Source: Chrysomallon squamiferum (taxonomy: Eukaryota; Animalia; Mollusca). Taken from it: 64,000 bases of DNA. Position 1 is the stretch's first letter; the number at the start of each line of letters is the position of its first letter. Under the pieces are notes generated by a model. It saw only the letters and a list, made by a program, of their open reading frames with translations, was not told the DNA's origin and ran no database searches. The stretch spans positions 20,274,001 to 20,338,000 of the forward strand of contig CM022672.1 of the NCBI GenBank assembly GCA_012295275.1. The letters are read 5' to 3'. Below, in pieces: positions 10,707-24,500 of the stretch. The translations under genes were made by a program, and so were the position numbers.

Positions 10707-13700
10707 TTAAAATTGGTAATTTTCTTTTTATTTTAAGAAAGATAACATTTTAAATTTAGGATACATTAACCAAAGTATTTATTTTTTTAAGAGAGCATTT
10801 GGATATAAAATTATTCATTGGAAATTGGATCTTTATTTAAATTAAGGAGAGCCATGCTGCTGAGCAAGTATGGGCAAATATAATGAATGCAAGGAATACA
10901 CACCCATTGCTAATTAGTATGTTACAATTAAAATTAAAATGATTAAATTTGTATCATTCATGTGTACATAAAATGTAAGTTCAGTGTTATTAATGAACAT
11001 GATACCACATTCAATTTGTATTGTCAGTGTCATTTTTATTTGTGTATATATGTACATTCATGGAAGCTTATTAGAACTGTTTCACTTTTCAGATAGGTGG
11101 TGATGAAATGATCAGTATTTTTAACTTGTGATCATTGTTTAAAGAAGGTTTGGTGCATGTAGTGTGAAATCTGATGCTGCCAGACTAAAAGTACAATATA
11201 TATAAAAAAAGAAAAAGTAATGTAAACAGTACAGATAAAATGACCAAAAAGCTTCAAAGTGAATAGGTCATATAGGTCAGAAAGTTTTATAGGCTTTTTC
11301 TTTTTCTTTTTAAATAAAGCTTTTATATACTTTGCATTGTTTACAATTACATAAATCTTGTTGCTTTTGTGTGTACATTGCCTTAACTAGAGTTAGAAAA
11401 AAAATATATGTAGAAGATCAGTTGTATATGAAATTGTGCCAATCTAGTTTGTGAATTGGGTAAAGCCGAAAGTTTGTGAAAATTCATTTTTGTTGCTATG
11501 TAATTAATATTAGATCACTACCTCTTAATTTCACAGTAAATTCTACCACAAAGTAATTGTATCAAATAAATTTCAAATGTACAAGTGGCTAGATAATTTG
11601 AAATTGAAACTAGCCATCAGTAATATATTGTTTAGAGACGTGTAAATGTCATTGTGCAGTTTGTACGGATGTATATCGGTACACACACAAATGTGCACTC
11701 TCTGCAAGGGTATTGAATTTGTCAACAGTAACAGTGAAATGAGGGAATAAAAACAGATCTGTTGAATTCTTTCTGAAATGTGGGTCAACATCAGGGCTGT
11801 TTCATGATTGTATGAAATTAATGTATTTCTTGCACAAATAAAGATGAAAATTAAGAAAATAATTTTTAAAAAGTAATTGTATAATACTTTCATCTGATAC
11901 TGTTTTAACCACAGAAGATTTTGTGACATTTTTGAACTACGCATATCAGTTGTTTCTCCTGGAATTTCAAATTTGAGCTTTTGCATGGTAGTATGTTAGT
12001 TAAAATGAACAGCACTTATTAATATTACTTTTCATTCTTGTAAGTGGTGGACTAGGCATTTAAAGATGTATTTGGACCACTTGCTCGTTTAAATTTAAAT
12101 CGGTAAAATAAATAAAAGTTAAAATATTTCAGAAATTGTTTTTCCAGTTCTGAATAAACTGAAAATAAAGAAATAAACATTTAAGTTGTTAATATTTTTT
12201 GTTTTTAATGACTGGGTCTAATTCATGTCTTAAAATTCATTACTTGTTACAAAGATAGTTATAATTGCACAAGAAGCTGACATGAAAATAAGTATTTCTT
12301 TGTTGCCAGTTCAGTGTAACTGCTAATTTGGAAATAAAATAATGCATGTAAATGCTGTTTTGTAATATCCAATGATTATATTATTTCATATCTTTGTAAA
12401 CGTGTAAAAAAAGAAAAATGTAAGTCTTGTAATCCTAACAAAGTAAATGCATTAAAATATTTTAGTTGTGTTCATCTTTCTGTTTTCTTGTATTTTATAA
12501 TATATATATATATATATATGACTGAAAAATTATTTAAAGTTTCCATCTTGCATAAAGAACAGCTGAAAAGACCAAAAGGTAAATTTTGTTTTTCTTTAGC
12601 TTTCATTTATTAAACATCTTTTTCAGTACCTTCAGTCAGAAAAGAGCAGCAGGATAATCTGATAGAAGATTAATATTGGAAGAATCATTTACAGTTGTGA
12701 TATTGGAGTGGAAATGTTTATTTTTGAAGGACACAGTACCATTAAATGGAAGAACTGAATAATAATAATAGTATCTATACTGAAACAAATTATATTTGCT
12801 GGTGTTGTGTTTGGATCAATACTGAAAATAGATGAATGTAGAGTCATGAATTCTTCAGTATTAGTTGAAAGAAAAAAATAACTGGCTTTTTAACATGCTA
12901 AAATAAATTATAACATGAGTTCAGATGGAAAATTTGGCCACTTTGAATTTCTACCCCTTAGGGGGCCATTTATTTATTTATTTATAACTTGTTGCAGAAT
13001 TCACATTGAAAAAGAGTAACATCTTTTTTTGCTCAAATTTAGTTAATGACCAGACAAGTATGTATTGGTGAAATTGTCAAACTGTGTGCCCAATGTTATA
13101 TGTGGACTAAGTAGGACACATTGGACCAGTTAATACAAATGGGGGGAAAAACATCCAGATAATGTGAACAGTTACATTTATTTCAAATTTAAAAGATTAA
13201 AAACACAAATTAAAAACTGGTTCTATCAGTTTTACAATAAATGTGCAAGTAAACCAAACCTGATGACTAAGTCTATGCATATTATTGCAATGTTAACATA
13301 ATTTGATTAATTAATTGCAGCCATCATCTTTAGCTGCAATTTCTTAATCATATCAAAGGTGTCTTTGAAATCTTAAGATTGTTCACAAATTCGAGGGATT
13401 TTCTACTGGGGGGGAATCTTCCAGCATCCATTCCATTAAAGAAATGTCGTATCTTGTCCCGTTAACTGTATGTAATTCCACATCATCATGAGTAATTGCT
13501 TATAATGTTTATTGTTGTGTAGAAATAAATGGCACCATTGTTTTTAATTGTGTATAACTGGATATATTTTAAGATTAGCACAAACAATACATTCTGAAAT
13601 TACTAAGCATATGAACTACTTGGGGGAAACACTGGATGCATAACAGAAGAGTGAATACAAAAAAAGGTTACTGGCAATTACACAAGACCAGTAGTTGATT

Positions 13701-15079
13701 ATGATTGTTTAACTAGGTTTATTGGATCTCTGTTAAACAAGTTGTAGTGATGTGGAAATTACAAAAAATCATTTTGGACCCCTGAAATAACCACATAATT
13801 TTTATCCTTGATCTCATCCACATGCAATATAAATGATCAAATACACTCAAGATCATCGATGGGTAATGCTTTTTACATTATCATTGGGAAAACAAAAAAA
13901 ACTGCAGGACTGGATTTATGAAGGGCCAATTCCATGGGGCCACCAGACATCCTTTATAAAAAGAAAACATAAAATAGTTTTATTATCAATAATAAAAATT
14001 GTGTATGTTAGTATCTTCTTCAGCAGCTTAAAAAACAAAAACACAAAAAAAAACCCCTACAACCCCCCCCCCCACTTAATTCAAGCACTTAATACCTTAG
14101 ATAGCCAGCGATTTATTCACTAGGGCTTATAACTTACAATCACTAAAATTGAGAAGAATGAAACGAAGTTTTCTTTGAAACCTAACATTTTCTGTTTTTA
14201 AAGAAAACTGGCTGAACATTTTTTTTTTTTTTTTTTTTTTTTTTTATTAATTATTATTATAATAATAATTATTATTTTATTTTTTTTTTTATGTCGTATA
14301 ATTTAATTTCCATGTTGAGGTCCCCTGTGCCTAAATCAGGTTCTGCCTCGATGTGAATAAAATGAGTAGAAATACTTAAGTGCAGTGTTTTTCTGTATTA
14401 GCAGAAAAATGTAAAATTAAAAAAAAAAATTAAAAATAATAATAATGAAAAAAAGAGTAAAATTTAAGTAGAACATTTGTCTACACTTGAAAAGTAAGTT
14501 AACTCTTAAAATATCTACATTATAAACTATAAATAATTAGCATTGTCAGAATTTGTATCCCACTGAAATTGAAACTTGCATTTTCAAGTTTTATTTATTT
14601 ACTCACTCATTTAATTATGCAAGATAATTTTATGGACTTACACACAATTTCAATATTTTATATTTCATGGTTATTGCACTAGCATACATAAAACAATCCC
14701 AAGATTATTAACGGGATCATGCCGTTAACGATGCGATGTTAGTATACGGCATCTTCGATATAAAATACTAACTAGTTTTCATTATTTTATAATGTGTATA
14801 TAAACAAACATACCAATGTTGATACATACATGAATGCATATATAATGCTAATTTGTTTTCCTTAATGCTTTTCCTACTAAATGTAGACACTAATTCTGTG
14901 AATAATGAATGGTCAATGATTAGTGTTTTTATGTCTTTAAAAAAGGGATGAAAAATAATAATAATAAAATAAAATTGCTTAATGATAATAAAAAGCAAAC
15001 AAAGTTAATTTACATATTATGTGTAGTGACAGTAACCGAAAGTATGTTCAAATCATCTTTGTCGTAAAACAAACACAAC

Positions 15080-15290
15080 TCTATAAGACCTACTCTCCCT
15101 TTTTGTGGAGGATTAAAACGTGACGTTGTTAAAAAATTGACCAATAGCGTGACTCTCGGAAATAGAGTCTTTGACAACACAGTTGGGTAATTTCAACAGA
15201 TTGATGCATTTTTTTTGTTTGTTTTGGTTTAATCTAGGCTGATTCCACTGGAGATAGTTTACGTATGAGTGCAGGTTGGTTAATCCATAT
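15080..15290 (+). promoter_or_regulatory. Probable ODF2 promoter and non-coding first exon
   Basis: CpG-containing patch with TGACGT (CRE-like half site, ~15121), CCAAT (15141) and candidate donors near 15265-15280. It lies upstream of the acceptor at 16043-16044 that precedes the ODF2 ATG. Confidence 0.4.
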
Positions 15291-16046
15291 CAAGTGGTAT
15301 TATTCGTGCATCTTTGCATATTTTGCTTCTCATGCTCGTTTTTCTTATCTTCGTTTGCATTTAGCGTGCCTATACTTGTCACTTACTCGGTTTACATTTT
15401 ATAATTTGTTTTCTTTTGGTTAGAATGATTAAAGATGTAGATATATGCATTTAATCTTCATTGTTAGTTAATTACATATAGAAAGTAAATTTTAGGAAAG
15501 GGAAGTTTTTATATAATTTACGGAACAGTTACGAAGGAATTAAAAATGAAAAGATAATTATACCCTCCCTGTATGCATTAGCGACAATAACAATTTTCGT
15601 GAGCGTAGTGCAGCACTGATTGAACATTGTTCGATGTATAACGCATATGATACACTTGAAACTGAAAACAAAAAAGAGAAAATATCTTTATTGCTTTAAC
15701 AAATACAAATAAACAAAGACACAACAACTAAAACAAAAGAACAACAGAACAAAATCCAAAGCTCTTGGTGTTAATTGTTTTAACATTTATTTTTCATTTT
15801 CATTTTGAAATCCACTGTTTATCACTCAGCACTTATTATAAATGGCATTGTGCTGTCAATAGAAACTAAACTAAAATTAAATTAGATGATGTGCCACAAA
15901 CAATTGTAAATGAATGTATTTTTGTGAAAATTAATGCTAATTGTTATATTTATACATAATCTAGATTACATTACCCAGTCATTTTTATTTTATCTAACTA
16001 ATACATATTCTATTTAACTGATTTATGTTTTATTGCAAATTTAGGT

Positions 16047-19000
16047 ATGGGAGTTGAGCAGGGGTTACGACCTACTTCACCAGTGCATGTTCATGTTGAA
16101 GATGATATTCCAGTTCATGTTCACATTAAGAAAGGAATAAAAAAGGGCAAACTGACAAAGGTATTTCTTTAATAATTATCTGACAGTGTAAATTTTGTTT
16201 TCATTTTTTGAAAACATGCTTTTTTTTTTTTTTTTTGAAGAGTGATTTCTGCATACGATTGTTGCCTAACACATATAAATATTGATGCTTTGACTTCAAT
16301 CTGTAAAATGTGAAAATTAAACAGTCAGTCTGCCTTATCCAAGGGTGTATGGTTCTAGGAACCCTCAAGGATGTGCAGAAATTGCAGGTTATAAAATAAC
16401 ACAATTTTACCATATATATTTTCTTTACATAAAACCACACTGGTCTTTACTGTTATGAACATCTAAAACTCACATAAATCATTTTAACTGCAGTATTCTT
16501 GTATATCGTAAGCATACAATTTACTGTACAGTAATTTTAAAAAAATAAACATTTTTGAACAGCTGTTTAAAACACATGTATCAAATCTGCAGATAATGTT
16601 GGCTGACTGTATATATGTATGTATCATAAATATAACCTTTTCATGCTTATTTCTGTTTAATGGTTTGATTTGATTTAATGCAAATATGAATTGTTTGAAA
16701 ACCTTTAAATTTAGATGTTTTAATAATGAGTGAAGTTAGAAATATATATGGTTAAAGTTTGTAACATATTTTAAAATAACACTTCCTCTTTAATTATTTG
16801 CACAAAAACTTTATTTCATGCACCAAATATATTTTTATATTTCTCCTATTTTGTAGTATTCTGACTTTAAAAAAAAAATTAAAAAAAAAAATTAAAATAT
16901 TAAAAAACCTAATAAGAATAACACTAATATTAAAATAACGTAGTACATAGAAGCATGTCTTTAGTTTTTAAAGTTTTCTGTTGTTCACTGATTTGTTCCT
17001 TGCTGTTGTTTATGTATCTGTAGTCAACATCATCTTCATGTGCCAAGAAGCGAGGAAAGGTCAGCAAAAACGTGACAAAGGTAGAGTGTTATGAAATAGT
17101 TGTTTACGCAGACATTTGCACATCACCTTGTTTTGAACAAGATAACAAAAATAGCAATATAAAAATCTAACTTACTTGTTTATGTTTATTTTTTAATTCA
17201 TTCATTTATTATTATTTTATTAGCAAGGTTTCACAGTACTGGGACTATTTGGTAATTCTGTAGCCACGCACTTTATTTTGTTTCACCCCTTTTCACTGCA
17301 TATTTCTTTGGCAGAAGTACTGATCTAGGATATTTAGGAAATGTGTATGTTATTGCATTAATCACAAAAACACTTGAAAAATGTGGAAAAAGGTATGAAT
17401 TTGTTGATTTTTAGCATCTCTGCTTTCAAACTCTTTGCTAAACTTTGAGTGGTTCTATTCATTTTGCCTCATAGATTAATAAAACAGGTTGAATATATAT
17501 ATATATATTTTAATATATTAAGTGTTTTGTTTTTGTTACTCATATACTGAAATTACTGACTTTGTCTTTATGCTGTATGTTTTTGTTTTTTTAGCAATTG
17601 AAAATGCTTAGGGCATTTAGAATTTCATAATTTTACCCTTAATGTTCTTAATTTGAAGCTTCACCTTTATGAACTACTAAGAACAATTTAAATTATCTGA
17701 CTACAGTATTCAAGCCCATAAGAATGTACAGTGATTTTGAAATGAACTTTGTATATTAATAAATAGGCACGAAAATCACAGTTGTATTAACACATTTTAT
17801 TTTCTTTGTTTTATTATTCATTTCATCATGGTTTAATTAACCTAAACACTGTACTTCAGTAAAAACAAATTCTGTCAGTACTTTCTGAAATATAATTTTT
17901 CATTTATTTATTTTTAATTTAATGAACAAACTATGTCAAATAACATATAAAGATTGCTTTCTCAAATATTTTATAAAGCTAAATTAAAAAAATAATTGAA
18001 AACATGAATTTAATATTATTGAACATTGTTTACTTACTTTTTTTTACACTTCTGCTGTTTTAATTGAAAATGTTAATATAACATGCTTTTCCATTATTTT
18101 GTTATTTAATATAGTTGCTGTAGTAATATTCATAAGCTTTTAATATCTTATTTAAGGTATTTTTTCTAATTATTTAAATTAAGAAGACATTCAAAAAGGA
18201 ACTGCTAGTTTGTCCTGCATGCTGTCTTGTGTGATCCTGTCATTTGAACAAATAAAAAAAAAAGTCAAATGAATTTATATGTGAACAGATTAATTATTAT
18301 CTATGAAATTTTTAAATCATTTTTGTTACACAACAGCAATGCAACTCGATAATTTCAGAAAATGTGTATTTCATTTTTGAAACAATTATTTCCAAATGTA
18401 CTGATTTATAGATTTTCACACATTATGACATTAGTAGATGACATCATATTTTTGGCCAGCATTATTATGTGCATCACAGCTATTGAAATATGGTGGAAAA
18501 TAAATCCTATTTTTCAGAGCTTATGATTTATTTGCAGATAACCTAAGCATAAATTATTTTACACCAAATCTTTTTACATAATTATAATTAATAACAGCAT
18601 CACCAATGTAATTTTTCACCCACTTGTTTCATTTTAAAGGCCCAACTGTAAACTGGTTACTAGATTCTACGTTAACTTGAAAATTTGTTATCCACTGATG
18701 TTGTTATTATCAATTATCATTTTAATTTTTTTTTTGATGAATATTAATTTTTATTTACTGTTAACCACAAATACTGTTAAATTCTTTATTAATGCAATTC
18801 TGTTGTTTTCTAAGTTATAAATAATTAAGAAGTTAAATCAGATCTTAAAGTAGTTCGTCTGTGAGTAACTTCTAAGTTTTGTTTGTAGACTCAGGTGGGA
18901 TCTTATAGCTCAGACAACTTGAGAGGAACTCGAATTAGGAGAAGTGCTTCAACAAGTCGTGCAAGAAGCCGAAGTCCAGGGGGTGGTCCTTGGGTGCCAC

Positions 19001-21508
19001 CTCCTGGAAAAACATCAAGAGGCTCAAAAAGCATTGCCTGGCAGGTCTGTATTTTTAAATTATGAAAACTCACGTTTTAATTATTTTAAATTACCTTGTA
19101 AATATTTTCAAACAGGATGGCCACTAATGAACCCCATTATCTCTGTTTCGTGTATTTTGTTTCCAAATAATGAATCAGTGATACCTAGTAGATTTCATAT
19201 TAAATTAATGTTTTGGAAATTGAATATTATTAGTGCATTTATAAAGTAACTCATTCATTTTAGGTGTTATTGAATATTAAAAATGACCAAGATATCCATT
19301 TATATTGATTAAACAATAAATTACATCAGAATTATTTTTAATATATATATATTTTTTTTTTTTCCACAGGGGCCAACTCATCGACTTGAAATTAATCCAT
19401 CAAAACATCTTTTAGTAACTGACCTTTCTACAGATGAAGAAGAACTGCTTCATGGTCAGAAAAAAGAATATGAGAAGAAAATTAACCATTTAATGTCAGA
19501 AGTTGGATCTTTAAAAAATGAGGTATAGGAACATTTGCAATAATTAGATTTCATCTGCAGATTTTATTTAATGAATAAATTGTAGAAATTAAAAAACATT
19601 TTGCTTTGCAGTGGGATTGGACCAGCATGTTATTATAAAACAGAGAAATGCTACAATGTATTTCTGACTTGATATATTGCCAAAACAACTCAGGGCTTTT
19701 CAACTGATGACAAACACCATTTGGTCAACTGAACTATATGTCTTTGATTTTGATTGAAATTGTGGTCCTATATACATGAAGTAAAAATAACATAGCTATA
19801 GTTATTATTTTGTGTTTTACTTCCAAAACTAGAGCTATAATAAATGACATAAAGATTGAAACTACTTATTAAAATGTGCTGGGATATTATTTTTTTTTTT
19901 TGTACCACTATCTGTAGCAAATAATCTTAAACATAATTGTCACATTTTGGATATTAACAAAAAGCAGTGTAAACAGGAGTGTACGGAAAGTTTAATGAGA
20001 TAACAGTCAAAGTAGTAATGTATCGGTATCAAAAATAATTTTTTTCCATTTGTTTTACATGTGTGTGTGGGAGGTTGTTTAATGTTTATTGTTTATATTT
20101 TAAGGTTCAGCTGCAGAGTGTTTTGTCAGAGATAGACAAGAAAGATGATTTGTTACAACACTCTCAGCATGTGATTGAGCAGCAGGAGAAGGAGCTGCTT
20201 GATTGTCAGGAGGAGTTGTCTGTAACTGAAAGACAGAATCGACTTCTTCGACAAAGCATGGATCTTCTAGAAAAAGATACTCTTTCGAAGAGGTAATGTC
20301 TGTTTTTATTTCACACACAGACATTGATGGCTCAGACAAGCTATTAAATTTCGTCTTACCCCATGAATAATATTCGTTTAGACACTGAAAGATGGTTGTC
20401 ATATGATATAAACAACAAAAATAGATAAATAAGTTCTGGAAAATATATAAAAAACATAAACATCTTGATTTCAGTTCATTTATTCTGTAAACAAAATAGA
20501 AATCAATATTAAAGAAGTACATTATTCAATCTGTTCCAGATTTAAAACAAATGTTGTTTTCACTTTATTTTTACTTCAGAGATTTGTTTACAATTGAGAG
20601 AGAGAATCTCATGAAGAAACTGATTGAAGTTGAAATGGATGGACAGTCTGCATCTCAGCAGGTGAGAGAACTGCGAGACTCTCTTCTGCGTATCAAAGAC
20701 GTCCCGCTTCTGTCGAACACTGATATTAAAAAACTCAGCAACCAGAAAGAGAGGTTGCTAGAGAAATTAGACAATTTCGAGGCTACCAACCATAGTCTGC
20801 GCCATTTACTTCGCGAACAGCACGAAGAAGAAGGAAAAGTCCTGCGACTTGCCGAACAGAAAGAAGTTCTCATTCAGAAGTTAACTGATTCTGAGCGTGT
20901 CAACGAGGTTAGTTCACTGAGAGTTAGCTGGCAAGAAACCAAAATCTAATTAGAAATAAGACATTTTTGTTTTCACACCATAAATCTATCAGTTTACTAT
21001 TTGATGTATTCTTATTTTCACTGAAGATTTGAAGATGTATGTTTGTCTCCTGCAAACAATTCATGAAGTATTTATGTTAGATTAATTTTGGAGAAGAAAA
21101 ACAAGTGTTAAAATGTTATATTTGTGTAGGAGTTAGTATTGGAATGGGAGTTCAGAGAGTTTTTATTTTTAATTTTTAAAATAAATGAAAATAGCTTTTC
21201 ACAAGATTAGTGAAATTAAAAAAACATTATGAAATAAAAAATGCATTTTTGATTTTAATACTAATATAATATGACCACATGAATTTATGTGATATTTGTG
21301 TTTCAGTGAATTGTTTTTATTTAAGAGAGATTTTATAAATGTTCATTTTGCAGAGACTTCGTGCCAAGATTATTGAAAATGAAGAACATGTTCGTCAAGT
21401 TTGGAATGAAGTGAAAGCACAAAAGGTACAAACTCACATTTCTGATACTTTCTGAATTTTTATAATAGTTTTTTGAATGAAGTTTCTTATAACTAACTGT
21501 TTGCTTCT

Positions 21509-21558
<50 letters not shown>

Positions 21559-24500
21559 TTATGCATGAAAAACTAGACTTTTTGCTGATATTTTGAAATT
21601 GGAAGTTTGGAAATGTTTTAAATAAATTGGAAAAAAATCAATTTTCTTTAAAAAAAAAAAAAAAACATAAAAAGAAAGAAAAAACTAACATTTACCATCT
21701 TAATGAATTTTAAAAAATCAGAAAAAAAAAGATCAGGTTTGATTATTATGTGTGCTCTGTTTTTATTTGATTTTTCAAGCCACTTGTGTGATTACATTTA
21801 ACACTAGTAACAGACATTAAAAAAAAAAAAAAAAAAAACACAACAACAGTTACGTTAATTCTGATTTGTATTATTTCTTTTCTCCAAAAAAGTAATTAAT
21901 AATTTAAAACACAAGCATGCACTTATGCACTTATGCACTTATGCACACACACCACACTCACACAAACACACAAGAAGAACAACCAAAAAATCATTACCAA
22001 GACCAATTCAGCAATAGTAATAGTAATTAGGTATTAAAAACTTGCTTGTTTATCCCAACTGATCTATAATTGCCATTTTCATTCTATTATATTGCTTTGG
22101 TTTGAACTAGAATCTTTGTACAAACACATTTTAAAGTTTTTTTTTTTTTACACATATAACAAAAAATATGTACATATGTACATTATATATTTATTTATTT
22201 ATTTATTTTTTTTTTTGTTATTTTTATATATATTATAAATCAGTAAATAAAAAACATTATTCAAACATGTTACTCTGGAGTCATCTTTGAATCATACTGA
22301 CATAAAGTGTTTTAGAATTTTGAGAAATGCACTGAGTGCTGTGTACTAACCAACTGTTGCTGGTTTCAGGAGGAAATGTTGGCAATGAGGAATTTCCAGG
22401 CCTCAATGGAGTCAACGAAGGCTCATCTGCAGAAGCAACTACGTCAGAAAGAAGCAGATTGTAACAGAATGGCTGTGCAGATCAGGGTAAAGTGTCTTGC
22501 CTCCCAAAATGTATTCAGTGGTTACAGTGCTGGTCTGAATCATAATAGATTACAGAATCTGTCCTCAGAGTATCATGAATGCAAAACATAAAACCGATAA
22601 CTAGTTGTTCAGCAGTCATATATGTGCTTTCTCGCCTATGATTGTTTTATATAACACTGATAAGAGGAACAAGTGTTCATTCAAGTGTTGTTAAATAAAC
22701 ATTCATTAATTTTTCGTTATATTTACACAGTGTTCTATATATATAATAATAATTTTTAAGCATGTTATATATTGAAATCAGTGTTTTTAAAAGATCCACT
22801 TGTAAATACAGGATGTTATTATAGTTCATCTGTTAATAAGTTTGTTTTATTTTAAGATATATAAACATTGCAAAAATAATTCCTGTTTGCTTCAGTATTG
22901 CAAATTATTGTATTTGTTCCATATCTGAGGTTTGTACAAAAAGTATAAGTTTCTATGGTTTTTACTACTGTGTATTGGATATCAGAAGTTTAGTTTCTTT
23001 AAAGATAAAATTATTAAACATATGTTTTTATAGAAATTGACATTTGTTAGAGAAGTTGTGATTTTAAGAAAATGAATATTAGAGAAAGATGAAGAAATGC
23101 AGTATTTTATTGGTTGTATATTTTAGACTCTGGAGAATGGTACAAGTCAGTATAAGATAGAAATTGAACATTTACAGTCTTTGCTCGACAAGGCAAAGGA
23201 GAAGCTGGCACACGACAAAGAGGCTCTGAAAAAAGCCACCAGGTTAGTTTTTGGCCTAACTGTCATTGTTTTTTCGCTAGTCTGGCAAAACTTTAACTTG
23301 TCTTTTATCCGATTAATTTTAAATTATATGCTTTTTAAACTCAGAAATCTAAAACACGAATGAATTTTTTTATAATACAAACATCCAGCCTTTTTTTCAG
23401 CCAACAGAAATAAAGTGTGACTTTTCCACTACCTTTACTTACATAAGCTAAAGTCTTAAGATGTATTTTCAAAAACTACATCTGTGGCAGGCTGAGTAAA
23501 TCATGAAATAACCTTAAAACCCTGAAACTGTCAACCTCAAGATACTCTCATAGGCTAATTGTTGCTATACTTTATAATTAGCAATGGTTGGTGTTCAGTA
23601 ACAGATAAGGCAGCTACTTGGAAGTATAGTATAGAAAAATAATATACTAAGATTATTGATTTATTACTGTACTTCTATTTTCTAAGATTGCTTCCATGTA
23701 GAAAATGTTTTATAGATTCCTTTAGCCTCTTTAGTGTTTTTCTTTTTTAAGGAAAAATGTCATTTTCTCACAATTTTTTTTCTTTTTATTATTCACCTTT
23801 AAAATTTATTTATTTCAATTTTTTGTTTTAAAACTGATCACATTTACAGTGCCTTGTTCATGTAAGCAACATTATATATATATATGTTTATTTAACTTTG
23901 TGTTGCTGAATTTTATTTTAAAAAAAGAAAGAAAAAAACAGCAAACCTAAAAGGTTTGAAGTCTGAAAAAATGCCTTAATTTGGATCTGTCATTAGTTTA
24001 TACTGTGTGCATTAAATTATTTCATCAGCTGAAAACATTTTTATAACTGAATTTGGATGTACATAAATTTGGATTCTGAGCACAAGCTTGACTAAATACT
24101 TTATTGGTAAGTAATTTAATATAAAGATTAATTTGCCAAAACCTTTTGCAGTTTCACAGGACACAAAATTTCATTTCTGCAATTTTGCATGAGCACTTAA
24201 TATTTTTATTTAGAGCTCAAAAACAGCGAGCAGAGCGGAGTGAGGATGCTTTAGAAAAACTAAGTGCACAAATTAGTGAGCGGGAAATACTAGTGTCTGA
24301 CCTTCAGTCCGAAATTAGCCAGTATAAACTCTGCTTTGAGAAAATAGCCAAAGAAAAGGCTCATATTCAAGCTGAAAACACTGCGATGAAGACGTAAGTT
24401 GTTTTTATCACTTCTAATTAACTTTAAATTGAGATGAAACATCAGTTTGATATAAACTGAAAACCATAACTGGACAGTGGTTTGCATTAAAAAATAAAAC

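Noticed and set aside
13180-13520. Possible decayed transposase fragment between ELAV and ODF2
   Set aside because: It has slightly higher complexity, but no recognisable motif or terminal repeats.
14719-14754. Small inverted repeat ATGCCGT...ACGGCAT (Helitron-like hairpin)
   Set aside because: The stem is only 7 bp and I cannot define element boundaries, so it is likely chance.
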